From contig JAZRUW010000015.1 in assembly GCA_045652745.1 (NCBI GenBank), forward strand, positions 3,120 to 67,119: 64,000 nucleotides of DNA, given 5' to 3'. The stretch comes from Clostridia bacterium. Its GTDB lineage: Bacteria; Bacillota; Clostridia; UBA1381; UMGS1253. Each line of letters opens with the position of its first letter. Positions within the stretch are counted from its first letter, which is position 1. This document shows, in pieces, positions 38,309 through 46,533 of this stretch. The translations under genes were made by a program, and so were the position numbers. A model generated the notes under the pieces. That model was not told the DNA's origin. It did not search any database and saw nothing but the letters and a program-made list of their open reading frames with translations.

Positions 38309-39682
38309 ATGGAGCTGAAAACTGAAATCAAGAAAAATGATATATACGAAACAGAAATCGTGGACCAGGCTTCCAGCGGTGACGGCGTTTGTCGCATCGG
38401 CGGATTTGCCGTGTTTGTGCCGCGTACTGTCAAGGGGGATATTGCACGCATCCGTATCGTAAAAATGAACAAGACCTACGGGTTCGGCAGACTCGAAGCG
38501 CTTTTGCAGCCGTCGCCGGCAAGAGTGCAGCCGCCTTGCGCCGTGTTTGACAAATGCGGCGGCTGTGATTTCATGCATATTGATTACAAAACGCAGCTTA
38601 CGCTCAAGCAAAAGCAGGTGCAGGATGCCATTTCCCGCTTGGGCGGATTTAAAGATGTAACCGTGGAACCGACGCGCGGCATGGCGGAGCCGTATGCGTA
38701 CAGAAACAAGACGCAGATGCCGGTCGGTATGGATAAAGATGGTAAAACCATTTGCGGTTTTTACCGCCGACACAGTCATGATTTGGTGGAAACGTCGCAT
38801 TGCTCGGTATGCGCACCTGCGGCGATGCGGGCGGCAGAATGCGTTAAAGAATATATGCGTATTGCCAAGGTAAAGCCATACGATGAAAAGTCACATTCGG
38901 GCGTAATTCGCAATGTGTTTGTACGTACGGCAAAGGACGGCGCGGTGATGGTGGTTGTTGTAGCCAATGCTTTGTTTTTGCCCAAGCCTGAATTGCTCGT
39001 TTCGCTTTTGCGCGAGGGCGTAGAGGGATTGGTAAGTGTGCAGCACAATATCCATACGGAGAAAACCAATCTGGTGCTCGGAAAAAATAACGATGTACTT
39101 TGGGGCGAGCCGACACTTTGCGATAGTATCGGCGATTTGGAATTTGAAATTTCGCCACACAGTTTCTTTCAGGTCAATCCGATACAGACACAGGTACTTT
39201 ATGAAACGGCGGTAACGATGGCGAATATCCAAAAGACAGATACCGTCTTTGACCTTTATTGCGGTATCGGTACGATTTCTTTGTTTGCGGCAAAGCGCGC
39301 AGGTAAAGTTATCGGCGTGGAAATCGTAGAAGATGCGGTGCGCGATGCAAAGAAAAATGCCGTGCGCAACGGGATTGCAAACGCCGCTTTTTACTGCGGT
39401 GATGTGCAAAAAAGCATACAGGATTTGTATGGGCAGGGCGAGCGAGCTGACGTGGTGATTTTAGATCCGCCGCGCAAAGGCTCGGACGAAACAACGCTTG
39501 AAATTATTTTAAATATGCAGCCGGAGCGCATCGTATATGTTTCCTGCAATCCGGCCACACTTGCACGCGATTTGAAATATTTGTGCGCAAGCGGGGAGTA
39601 TAAGATTGACACAGTCGTTCCCGTAGACATGTTTCCGCATACGGTGCATGTGGAGTGCTGTGTGCTACTATGTCGCACATAG
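38309..39682 (+). CDS. 23S rRNA (uracil-C5)-methyltransferase, RlmD/RumA family
   Basis: TRAM N-terminus, Fe-S Cys cluster (CAVFDKCGGCDFMH ... C), SAM motifs (DLYCGIGTISL, ILDPPRKG) and a catalytic C-terminus (YVSCNPATLARD). Confidence 0.85.
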   Translation: MELKTEIKKNDIYETEIVDQASSGDGVCRIGGFAVFVPRTVKGDIARIRIVKMNKTYGFGRLEALLQPSPARVQPPCAVFDKCGGCDFMHIDYKTQLTLKQKQVQDAISRLGGFKDVTVEPTRGMAEPYAYRNKTQMPVGMDKDGKTICGFYRRHSHDLVETSHCSVCAPAAMRAAECVKEYMRIAKVKPYDEKSHSGVIRNVFVRTAKDGAVMVVVVANALFLPKPELLVSLLREGVEGLVSVQHNIHTEKTNLVLGKNNDVLWGEPTLCDSIGDLEFEISPHSFFQVNPIQTQVLYETAVTMANIQKTDTVFDLYCGIGTISLFAAKRAGKVIGVEIVEDAVRDAKKNAVRNGIANAAFYCGDVQKSIQDLYGQGERADVVILDPPRKGSDETTLEIILNMQPERIVYVSCNPATLARDLKYLCASGEYKIDTVVPVDMFPHTVHVECCVLLCRT

Positions 39683-39688
39683 CACTCA

Positions 39689-39864
39689 TCGATATAAATC
39701 TCTTGCGAGATTTTCGATATATCCTAACGGATTCGATATGTGCTAACGCACTCGATATGTTTCCTTTGGAAACGAGATTTATATCATATCGAAACCGAGT
39801 AAAGCGAGGTTATATCGAATTTTGCGAAGCAAAATATATCGAACACGCAAAGCGTGTATATCGA
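39689..39864 (+). repeat. array of 7 short variable hairpins separated by 8 copies of a 7-mer (4x TCGATAT, then 4x its complement ATATCGA)
   Basis: TCGATAT occurs at 39689, 39714, 39733 and 39752. ATATCGA occurs at 39786, 39812, 39836 and 39858. The intervening palindromes are AAATCTC-TTGC-GAGATTT, ATCC-TAAC-GGAT, GTGC-TAAC-GCAC, GTTTCC-TTT-GGAAAC, AACC..GGTT, ATTTTGC-GAA-GCAAAAT and ACACGC-AAA-GCGTGT. Confidence 0.8.
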
Positions 39865-39882
39865 TAAAGGAGATTATACTAT

Positions 39883-40233
39883 ATGGAAACCAACAAAAAC
39901 ACATTACGAGAAGAAACCATCAATTTTGCAATAGAAATATCTGATATTTGTGATAACATCAAAGGTTGTTCAGTATATATTAACCAGCTATTGAGATGTT
40001 CTTCATCTATCGGGGCTAATCTTCACGAGGCAAAATATGCACAAAGCAAAGCCGACTTTATAAATAAATTAGAAGTTGCATTAAAAGAAAGTTTTGAAAC
40101 GGAATATTGGTTAGAATTGTTATTTCGTAAGAATAGGATTGACGAAACTACATATAAAGGTTTAATTAACAAATGCGGAACGATAAGAAGAAAATTAATT
40201 GCATCTGTCACTACTGCGAAGAACAAACAATAA
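39883..40233 (+). CDS. four-helix-bundle protein (23S rRNA intervening-sequence protein family)
   Basis: RBS AAAGGAG. Motifs QLLRCSSSIGANLHEA and FETEYWLELL are typical of this family. The gene is strongly AT-rich compared with its neighbours. Confidence 0.7.
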   Translation: METNKNTLREETINFAIEISDICDNIKGCSVYINQLLRCSSSIGANLHEAKYAQSKADFINKLEVALKESFETEYWLELLFRKNRIDETTYKGLINKCGTIRRKLIASVTTAKNKQ

Positions 40234-40252
40234 AATATGGGAGATGATAAAT

Positions 40253-40615
40253 ATGTATATGCCTATATGGATATTATATTGGTTTCCATTCTTTTTGCCT
40301 ATAAACTATGGTATCAAATTTGCTGTTATTAATATTGTTTTATGGATTTGCAAAAAAGTGATGAATATTAATGATATATATAGTATATCTACTGCAATAA
40401 AAAGTTTCTGTTTAACTATCGTGGCAGAACTGGTAGGGATAGCAATGTTCTATATCATTGAAATGAATACTGAAACTGATTTTTACTATGGAAATTATTT
40501 GGCATTTTGTCTATTAGTATTTTTTAGTGTCTCCATATTAAATTTCATACTAAACTATATATTTGTTTTTAGGAAAATAAATGTTTCAACAAAACAAAGT
40601 TTCATCCTTGCATAA
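40253..40615 (+). CDS. small hydrophobic membrane protein, unknown function
   Basis: ATG at 40253 follows GGGAGATGA. It has 3-4 predicted TM segments and is AT-rich. Confidence 0.45.
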   Translation: MYMPIWILYWFPFFLPINYGIKFAVINIVLWICKKVMNINDIYSISTAIKSFCLTIVAELVGIAMFYIIEMNTETDFYYGNYLAFCLLVFFSVSILNFILNYIFVFRKINVSTKQSFILA

Positions 40616-40667
40616 GGTATATCAATAAAAACAATCAGAAAAATTTAGGCTATAGAGGGAAATCTGA

Positions 40668-40742
40668 AACACATTTGTTGAATTGCATGTTAACTACATT
40701 ATTCCTTGGTCAAAGGGCGGTGAAACAAAAATAGATAATTGA
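40668..40742 (+). pseudogene. remnant of an HNH-endonuclease gene (C-terminal ~24 codons)
   Basis: Translates as NTFVELHVNYIIPWSKGGETKIDN*, which resembles the HNH core (..DHIIPxSKGGxxxxxN). It is bounded upstream by an in-frame TGA and has no start codon. Confidence 0.4.
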
Positions 40743-40781
40743 CATTACCAATAAGCATATACATAATTTGAGGTGACGAAA

Positions 40782-41309
40782 ATGAATGCAATTGTCATTT
40801 ACAAATCAAAATACGGCTCGACCAAAGCGTACGCCGAGTGGATTGCCGAGGAAATCAGTTGCAGTGCTGTGGATGCAAAGACCGTCAAGGCGGCGGAATT
40901 GCAAAACTACGATACGATTATTTATGGTGGCGGGCTGTACGCGGAAATGATTGCGGGCGTAAGTCTGATTACAAAAAATTTTGATGCGCTCCAAGACAAA
41001 AAACTAGTTGTATATACTACGGGGCTGACGCCGCTTGACTGCCGCGACTATTATGATAAAATGGTTTTGGAAAAAAACTTTAAGCCGCATATGACAGAAA
41101 AAATCAAAGTGTTTAATTTTATGGGCAAGATGATAATAGAGGAATTGAGCCTGCCGCACAAGGCGGCGATTGTAGCCTTAAAGAAAATCATGTCCGGCAA
41201 GGAAAATCCGAACGAAATGGAGAAATTGCTTATCAAACTTTGCGATGAGAGCGGCGATTTTACCGACAGAGCGGCGATTGCTGACTTGGTCCGTTATGTA
41301 AAAGAATAA
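40782..41309 (+). CDS. flavodoxin-domain protein
   Basis: ATG at 40782 follows GAGGTGA. N-terminus IVIYKSKYGSTKAYAEWIAEE, with YDTIIYGGGLY further on. Confidence 0.7.
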   Translation: MNAIVIYKSKYGSTKAYAEWIAEEISCSAVDAKTVKAAELQNYDTIIYGGGLYAEMIAGVSLITKNFDALQDKKLVVYTTGLTPLDCRDYYDKMVLEKNFKPHMTEKIKVFNFMGKMIIEELSLPHKAAIVALKKIMSGKENPNEMEKLLIKLCDESGDFTDRAAIADLVRYVKE

Positions 41310-41310
41310 G

Positions 41311-41350
41311 AAAACCAAAAGCGATACCCGACGGGTATCGCTTTTGGTTT
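41311..41350. terminator. bidirectional terminator shared by the flavodoxin gene and the NTPase operon
   Basis: AACCAAAAGCGATACCCG/CGGGTATCGCTTTTGGTT. Confidence 0.85.
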
Positions 41351-41353
41351 ATC

Positions 41354-42175
41354 CTAATTGTTGAAAAAATCCTTTATGATTGCCAAAGTTAACTGCGCCG
41401 GCTCGAACGAGTTGACGTTGGGGACGGTGTCCATATATATGTATCGGTTGCGAATGGCATTTTTCCACTCGTCGTTTCCCATAGCCTCGCCGGCCCTCTG
41501 TTTTGCTGGTTTTTGGGAGGGATGGGTGTTTTGGTCGTCGAGAAGATTGTAGTATTGGATAAAGCCTTCGCGCAGGTAATTTCGGCACATATCATCCGAG
41601 CTAAACCAAGCGCCGTATAATTTTTTCCAGTTGTCAAATGCTTTTTGAGTATTTGAAATACGGTTTGACAGACAATTTTCAACAAGCTCCAGCCACGTTT
41701 TCGTGTGGTCATAAAGTCGTTCGAGCGCCGTTTGCCAATCTTCTTCTTCCATACGGAATTGCCAGCCATTTTTCACATCCGGATCTACGCCAAAATAGGT
41801 CCTGAAGCCTTTGTCAATCCAATCCTGCCGTTCGCGATTTACAGACAAATCATCATTGACCATGTGGCAATAATACAAACGCATATTGCGCAGAAAACAG
41901 ATAAACCTATCAAAGCGCGTGCAATCTCGTTCGGTAAAGCCGATATCTTGCAAAAAGTCGTTTTTGTCATCGTTGTTCCACATGCCGGGCATACACTCGC
42001 GAAACAGGATGTGTATGTTAATGCATTCGCGCCAGAACATACTTTCCGTTGTGTTTGTTTCGCTATAGAGCGGATTCCAGTCCAAAAAGATGTAACATCT
42101 TTTTTTAGCATCCAGATCTGCCGCAAGGTCGTTTATGCGCGCTACGGTATCCCTAAACAAATCGGAGCTGTTCAT
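41354..42175 (-). CDS. hypothetical protein with R-x4-H dyad (candidate HEPN-like effector), second gene of NTPase operon
   Basis: ATG at 42175 overlaps the upstream stop in ATGA. 273 aa, helix-rich and Trp/Asp-rich. FLRNMRLYYCHM lies at 41864-41881. I recognise no other motif. Confidence 0.55.
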   Translation of the reverse strand: MNSSDLFRDTVARINDLAADLDAKKRCYIFLDWNPLYSETNTTESMFWRECINIHILFRECMPGMWNNDDKNDFLQDIGFTERDCTRFDRFICFLRNMRLYYCHMVNDDLSVNRERQDWIDKGFRTYFGVDPDVKNGWQFRMEEEDWQTALERLYDHTKTWLELVENCLSNRISNTQKAFDNWKKLYGAWFSSDDMCRNYLREGFIQYYNLLDDQNTHPSQKPAKQRAGEAMGNDEWKNAIRNRYIYMDTVPNVNSFEPAQLTLAIIKDFFNN

Positions 42176-45100
42176 TCGTGTGACACCTTCTCTCTTGTAG
42201 CGGAGACGCCCACGAAGCTCACGCCGATGCAAAGGTCTTCAATAATTTTATCGGTTTTCTTGTACTGTTCCAAATCCACTCTTTCGCTTCCAAAGATATT
42301 GTTGCGGTTAAAGAACACGTTGGATGCAATGTGGCGGCGATCCGGACCATAGATATCCATTCGGCCTTTGGTGGCGTTGGAATCTTCAAATTTGTGGATT
42401 TTTCCGGAGAATAATTTCGGCGTACCGTCCGCGTGGCAAAGCAAATATCTGGGAATATTGCGCATGGTCTGGTTGACATCTTCGCTTTCACCGCGCAGAG
42501 CGGAAAACTCACTGTTGCAAGCGGCTATATCGCCGAGCTGTGCATAGGCCAACGCGAGCACATAACGTAAATAAAATGTATTTTCGGTTGCCGGCAAATT
42601 CTTTGCCTGCTCACAGATGGAGAGCAGCTTACACCACTGTTCATCGGTAAAATAGGTTCTTTGACGTTCGCCGGAAACGAGAAGCGGTGTTTTGTTGTGC
42701 ATCAGCCAGAACAAACGCATCTGCAGATTCAGACAACGTGCATCCGGCGTGTAGTTTTTCAGATATTCTTCGCCGAAGAAACGGTCGTAAATCGCGCGCA
42801 CTGCCTCGGTATCGTCGACGGATTTCCATTCGATACAAGGCTCCGTGCGGATAAATCCGGCTCTGCGGCATGCCTGAAAAGCGCAGCAGTACAGCATCGC
42901 CGCCGTCGGTTTTTCGACGCGCATTTTCTCGGCAAGGGCATCGACGTCTAAAACGGAATCCATCATATTAAACAATTCGTTACATGCCTGCACAAACTGG
43001 GAATGGTTTGCAATGTCCTTGGTTTGTTGCAGAGCCGTAAAGATTTTTTCAAGGGTATCGGAAATGTACTCTTGTTTTTCGGTTTCCTCCAGCGTGGTTT
43101 TGAGCAGATGCGCCCGTGTCCATACCAAAGTGGAAATTGCGTGCTTCTGGGAAGCACCGGAAACTCTCAAAACCTTATCGCACAGTCTGCCGGCGGCTAC
43201 AAGCTGGTCGGCATTCGGATGCTCTTTGTTGCGCATCGCCATGGCGAGTCTGCCGTTGGCCATTTCGACGCGCAGTTGGTCGAAATAACTGCGAAGAGAC
43301 ATGTCCATGCCCTCTTCTGCCTGTAGGAATTTCTCGCCCTTTGTCGACTTATCTGCGAGATCGGGGATGTAGCTTTGTGCATGGTATGCCCTAAAGAAAT
43401 CATCGTCGATGCCTTCCTCCCAGTCACGCGCTTCGCGCATAATGCTTACAAAGGTTTCGTAATCGCAACATTCTGCCAGGGCTTCCGGCTTGCTTGTCAA
43501 CTCACGCGTGAGCGTCAATTCCTGTACGAGAATGCGCGGGTCACGGGTTTGTTCGCCCGCTGCGGACAGGGCATTAATCAGGCATGGTGCATATTTGTAA
43601 AAGTCGTTTGCCGCCCAACGCAGGCTCTCGTTTTCGCGGTTGTTCGGGCCTACGGCAGAAATAATGCGCGTTACCTTTTCGATGGCTTCATCTGCTGCCT
43701 CGGAGGCAAACTGTCCCGTTTCAATCATATATAAAAGTCTGCAAAGGTATACGGTGTAGAGATCTTTGTTGTGTCCGTGCGGACTCATCTGATGTGCACG
43801 CAGAAGCATTTCTGCCTCCAGACGGGAACGGACCTTATAGTGCCATACGCCGGCTTGCTCTGTGGCGATAAATATCGGCGCATTGAGCGCTTTGATTAAA
43901 CTGTCCTGATTTGCAGAGAACAGGCCGAAAATCATATCGAGCGACATCGACATATTAAAGTAGGTCAGAATTGCCGAGTAGATGGCAAATTCTTTGAGTT
44001 TGCTTTTCTGGTTGTCTTCTGTGTTCAGACTGGCAAGAAAACTGTTGAATTTTTCCTGATTGGCACGCATAACAAACTGGCCGAACATGCCCTCCTGTAC
44101 GGTGCAGGCTTCCTGTAAAACATCTTTGACGGTTTCGCGAAATTCTGCGTAAATTCCGCGGGAAATGTCGCTTCGGATATCGTAGAAAATATGATAAAGG
44201 ATCGCCAGGAAATTGTCTTCCTTGCTGTAGCGTAAAATGGCATCAATATCAGTGATGTCCAGATTGGTCTTGTTTTTCAAAATGGAGCGGAACTGCGTTC
44301 TTTCGTCCGGATCGAGCCGGATGTCAGCACAGATATCATAAAACTCCTGTTTGAGCGAGGCGTTTTTGTTGAGTTGGTAATTTGTGCCGACCAAGGTAAC
44401 GTTTAAGCCGCTGTTACGCAAGTGGGTATAGAGTCTGTGGTAATTTGTGCGCTCAAATTCGAAACCCGAACAATCCCAAATCAGCAGTACGGATTTGGCG
44501 TCGTATTTGTCTTGCAACATTTTGATTAAATTAAACAAAGCATTGTAGCGGACGGAAGCATCTGTGTTATCGCGGGAAAAACTGAAGGTCACATTCGGAT
44601 TTGTAATATAGATGACCGGAAATTTCTTTTCGTGAAAAATTTCATAGGCAAGCTGACCCACAGCTACACTTTTGCCGGCGCCGGACTGTCCGTGCAGTAA
44701 AATCGGGCGGTGCTCAAAATTGGCCGGATTTTCCAAAGATGCGCGTACGACATCGGTCAATTCCTTTTGGAAGCTGCGCTCTAAGGCGTATTTTTCTGCA
44801 TAACCGAACCACTTGGGGTAATTGGTGTTGTTTTTTAAGAACGAGGCAAAATACGACGGATGTAAATATTTCGGCTTTGGCGGCGGATTCATTTCATCGT
44901 AATCCAACAATCTTGCAAAAGACGAGATGTCTCTGAGGTCTTTTTTCTCGATGGAAGCGCTCTTTTTGCCGACGAAGAATAAGCACTGGTCGCTGTCAAC
45001 GGGTTCGTCAAAAAAGTCGTCCTCCCAAGCATCGGACGTATGTGTACTTGTGTTCAAAGGTGCCCATTGCTCTGCTAAAGATTCGTTTAAGAATTTAAAG

Positions 45101-45666
45101 CAGGTGCATCGGCCGTTTTCATCGGCAATCATTTCACGTAAATCCGCAAAATCCGCGTCGCTGCAACGGTCGATAAGGATACAGTCTTCGCGCTCGAAAA
45201 CGGCGTGCATGGCATCTAACAGATTTTCGGCTTTAAACCAACTGTCCTCGGTGAAGCCTACAAAATATGCGCATCCGAAACGAGCGATTGCCTGTGCACA
45301 GAATTTGTCAATCGTGTCTTTTGCAATGCGGCGGTTTGTGTTTAACGACTTGCCGGTTTCCTCATTTTCCGCCAGATACCAAAGCGCAATTACGTTCAGG
45401 TTGCGCGGGTCGAACTGTTGCGGAATTTTCTGGGCATCCTCCAGGTTGTTTTTTAATACATTTATACATCTGGTTTCGGTGTCCATCGCAAATTGCAGTT
45501 TGTCTACGTCTTCTCTTTTTTGCAGAAAGGTAAACACGGTATTCCATTTTAAATTCAGTACGGCCTTGTCTTTTTCAAAATCAAAATTATCGCCTATGAA
45601 CAGTATGTTGCGCGCCATCGGCTCGTCAAAATACGCATAGGCTTTTGCAAAATCAAAATCACTCAT
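42172..45666 (-). CDS. large NACHT/STAND-like P-loop NTPase with N-terminal Rossmann-like domain, long helical-repeat region and C-terminal beta-rich domain
   Basis: ATG at 45666 follows AAAGGCGGG; the track start at 45744 falls inside the promoter. Walker A GQSGAGKS lies at 44668-44691. Walker B SVLLIWDCSG is followed by NVTLVGTN. About 600 aa of helical repeats follow. Confidence 0.7.
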   Translation of the reverse strand: MSDFDFAKAYAYFDEPMARNILFIGDNFDFEKDKAVLNLKWNTVFTFLQKREDVDKLQFAMDTETRCINVLKNNLEDAQKIPQQFDPRNLNVIALWYLAENEETGKSLNTNRRIAKDTIDKFCAQAIARFGCAYFVGFTEDSWFKAENLLDAMHAVFEREDCILIDRCSDADFADLREMIADENGRCTCFKFLNESLAEQWAPLNTSTHTSDAWEDDFFDEPVDSDQCLFFVGKKSASIEKKDLRDISSFARLLDYDEMNPPPKPKYLHPSYFASFLKNNTNYPKWFGYAEKYALERSFQKELTDVVRASLENPANFEHRPILLHGQSGAGKSVAVGQLAYEIFHEKKFPVIYITNPNVTFSFSRDNTDASVRYNALFNLIKMLQDKYDAKSVLLIWDCSGFEFERTNYHRLYTHLRNSGLNVTLVGTNYQLNKNASLKQEFYDICADIRLDPDERTQFRSILKNKTNLDITDIDAILRYSKEDNFLAILYHIFYDIRSDISRGIYAEFRETVKDVLQEACTVQEGMFGQFVMRANQEKFNSFLASLNTEDNQKSKLKEFAIYSAILTYFNMSMSLDMIFGLFSANQDSLIKALNAPIFIATEQAGVWHYKVRSRLEAEMLLRAHQMSPHGHNKDLYTVYLCRLLYMIETGQFASEAADEAIEKVTRIISAVGPNNRENESLRWAANDFYKYAPCLINALSAAGEQTRDPRILVQELTLTRELTSKPEALAECCDYETFVSIMREARDWEEGIDDDFFRAYHAQSYIPDLADKSTKGEKFLQAEEGMDMSLRSYFDQLRVEMANGRLAMAMRNKEHPNADQLVAAGRLCDKVLRVSGASQKHAISTLVWTRAHLLKTTLEETEKQEYISDTLEKIFTALQQTKDIANHSQFVQACNELFNMMDSVLDVDALAEKMRVEKPTAAMLYCCAFQACRRAGFIRTEPCIEWKSVDDTEAVRAIYDRFFGEEYLKNYTPDARCLNLQMRLFWLMHNKTPLLVSGERQRTYFTDEQWCKLLSICEQAKNLPATENTFYLRYVLALAYAQLGDIAACNSEFSALRGESEDVNQTMRNIPRYLLCHADGTPKLFSGKIHKFEDSNATKGRMDIYGPDRRHIASNVFFNRNNIFGSERVDLEQYKKTDKIIEDLCIGVSFVGVSATREKVSHE

Positions 45667-45715
45667 TTTTATCCCGCCTTTCGGTTTTGTAAAAGGATAC
45701 AATACTACTGATTTT

Positions 45716-45744
45716 ATTATAGCCTTATTGATTTTCCGTGTCAA
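45716..45744 (-). promoter_or_regulatory. consensus sigma-A promoter of the NTPase operon
   Basis: On the minus strand: TTGACA (45744-45739), 17-nt spacer, TATAAT (45721-45716). Confidence 0.7.
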
Positions 45745-45765
45745 GAAAATATGCGTTATATGTAA

Positions 45766-45799
45766 ACAAAAAACCGATATGTCATGTGCATATCGGTTT
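45766..45799 (-). terminator. intrinsic terminator of carD
   Basis: AAACCGATATG/CATATCGGTTT hairpin followed by a T-run on the minus strand. Confidence 0.8.
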
Positions 45800-45809
45800 G
45801 ATTTCCTAT

Positions 45810-46304
45810 TTAGACGGCAACGACCTGTGCAACCGCATCAACAAGTTTTTCTTCTACGTCGCTTGCCTGCGCCGTGCCGGAAAGCACGAGTTCGCTGATT
45901 AAAATTTGTTTGGCGTTGGAGAGCATCTTGCGCTCACCCGTGGACAACCCCTTGATTTTATCGCGGAGCATCAGGCTTTTGACCACATCGAGCACCTTGT
46001 AGATGTCGCCGCTGCGCAAAAGGTCCATGTTGTCGCGATAGCGTTTGTTCCAGTTCGCGTCGTCCGTCTGGAATGCATCATAAATCGCTTTAAGTACCTT
46101 TTCGCCCTCGGCCGGTGTGATAATATCGCGCACCCCGATTTCGTTTAACTTTTTGATGGGGAGCATCACTTTCATATCCCCGGCAGGCAAGCGCACCACA
46201 TAGTACGAATGCTTTTCGCCGAGAATTTCCTGCTCCTCAATGGCTTCAATCGTACCTGCACCGTGCATCGGATATAAAATTCTGTCGCCAATTTTGTAAG
46301 ACAT
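45810..46304 (-). CDS. carD: CarD/CdnL-family RNA-polymerase-binding regulator
   Basis: N-terminus YKIGDRILYPMHGAGTIEAIEE..YYVV. Confidence 0.85.
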   Translation of the reverse strand: MSYKIGDRILYPMHGAGTIEAIEEQEILGEKHSYYVVRLPAGDMKVMLPIKKLNEIGVRDIITPAEGEKVLKAIYDAFQTDDANWNKRYRDNMDLLRSGDIYKVLDVVKSLMLRDKIKGLSTGERKMLSNAKQILISELVLSGTAQASDVEEKLVDAVAQVVAV

Positions 46305-46533
46305 GCTGTCGACCCCCGCTACCCCTTATCTTTGTTTAAGTAGTTGCCTATTATCTAAATTCTACCACAGATTAAAAAATTTGTCAAAAAGATATTGTAA
46401 AAAAATATTGACAAATCTGTGTGTGGTTTTAGATTTTCTTGTGTGCAGAATTGCAAACTTTGTTGAAAATCGGCATGTTTTATGTTAAAATGCTTACAAA
46501 GATGTATTGTTTGGAGGCGAAAAGGAGAAGGTT

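Noticed and set aside
39655-39867. 70-aa ORF (MLCATMSHIALIDINLLRDF..) spanning the rlmD 3' end and the hairpin array
   Set aside because: It starts inside rlmD and has no RBS. Its 'repeats' (YIE/RYI) are simply the translation of the TATATCGA 7-mers, so the nucleotide-level palindromes explain it better than coding does.
42172-45744. Track start (45744) for the large NTPase ORF, adding 26 N-terminal residues
   Set aside because: That ATG lies within the -35 element of the only plausible promoter and has no RBS. The ATG at 45666 has AAAGGCGGG upstream.
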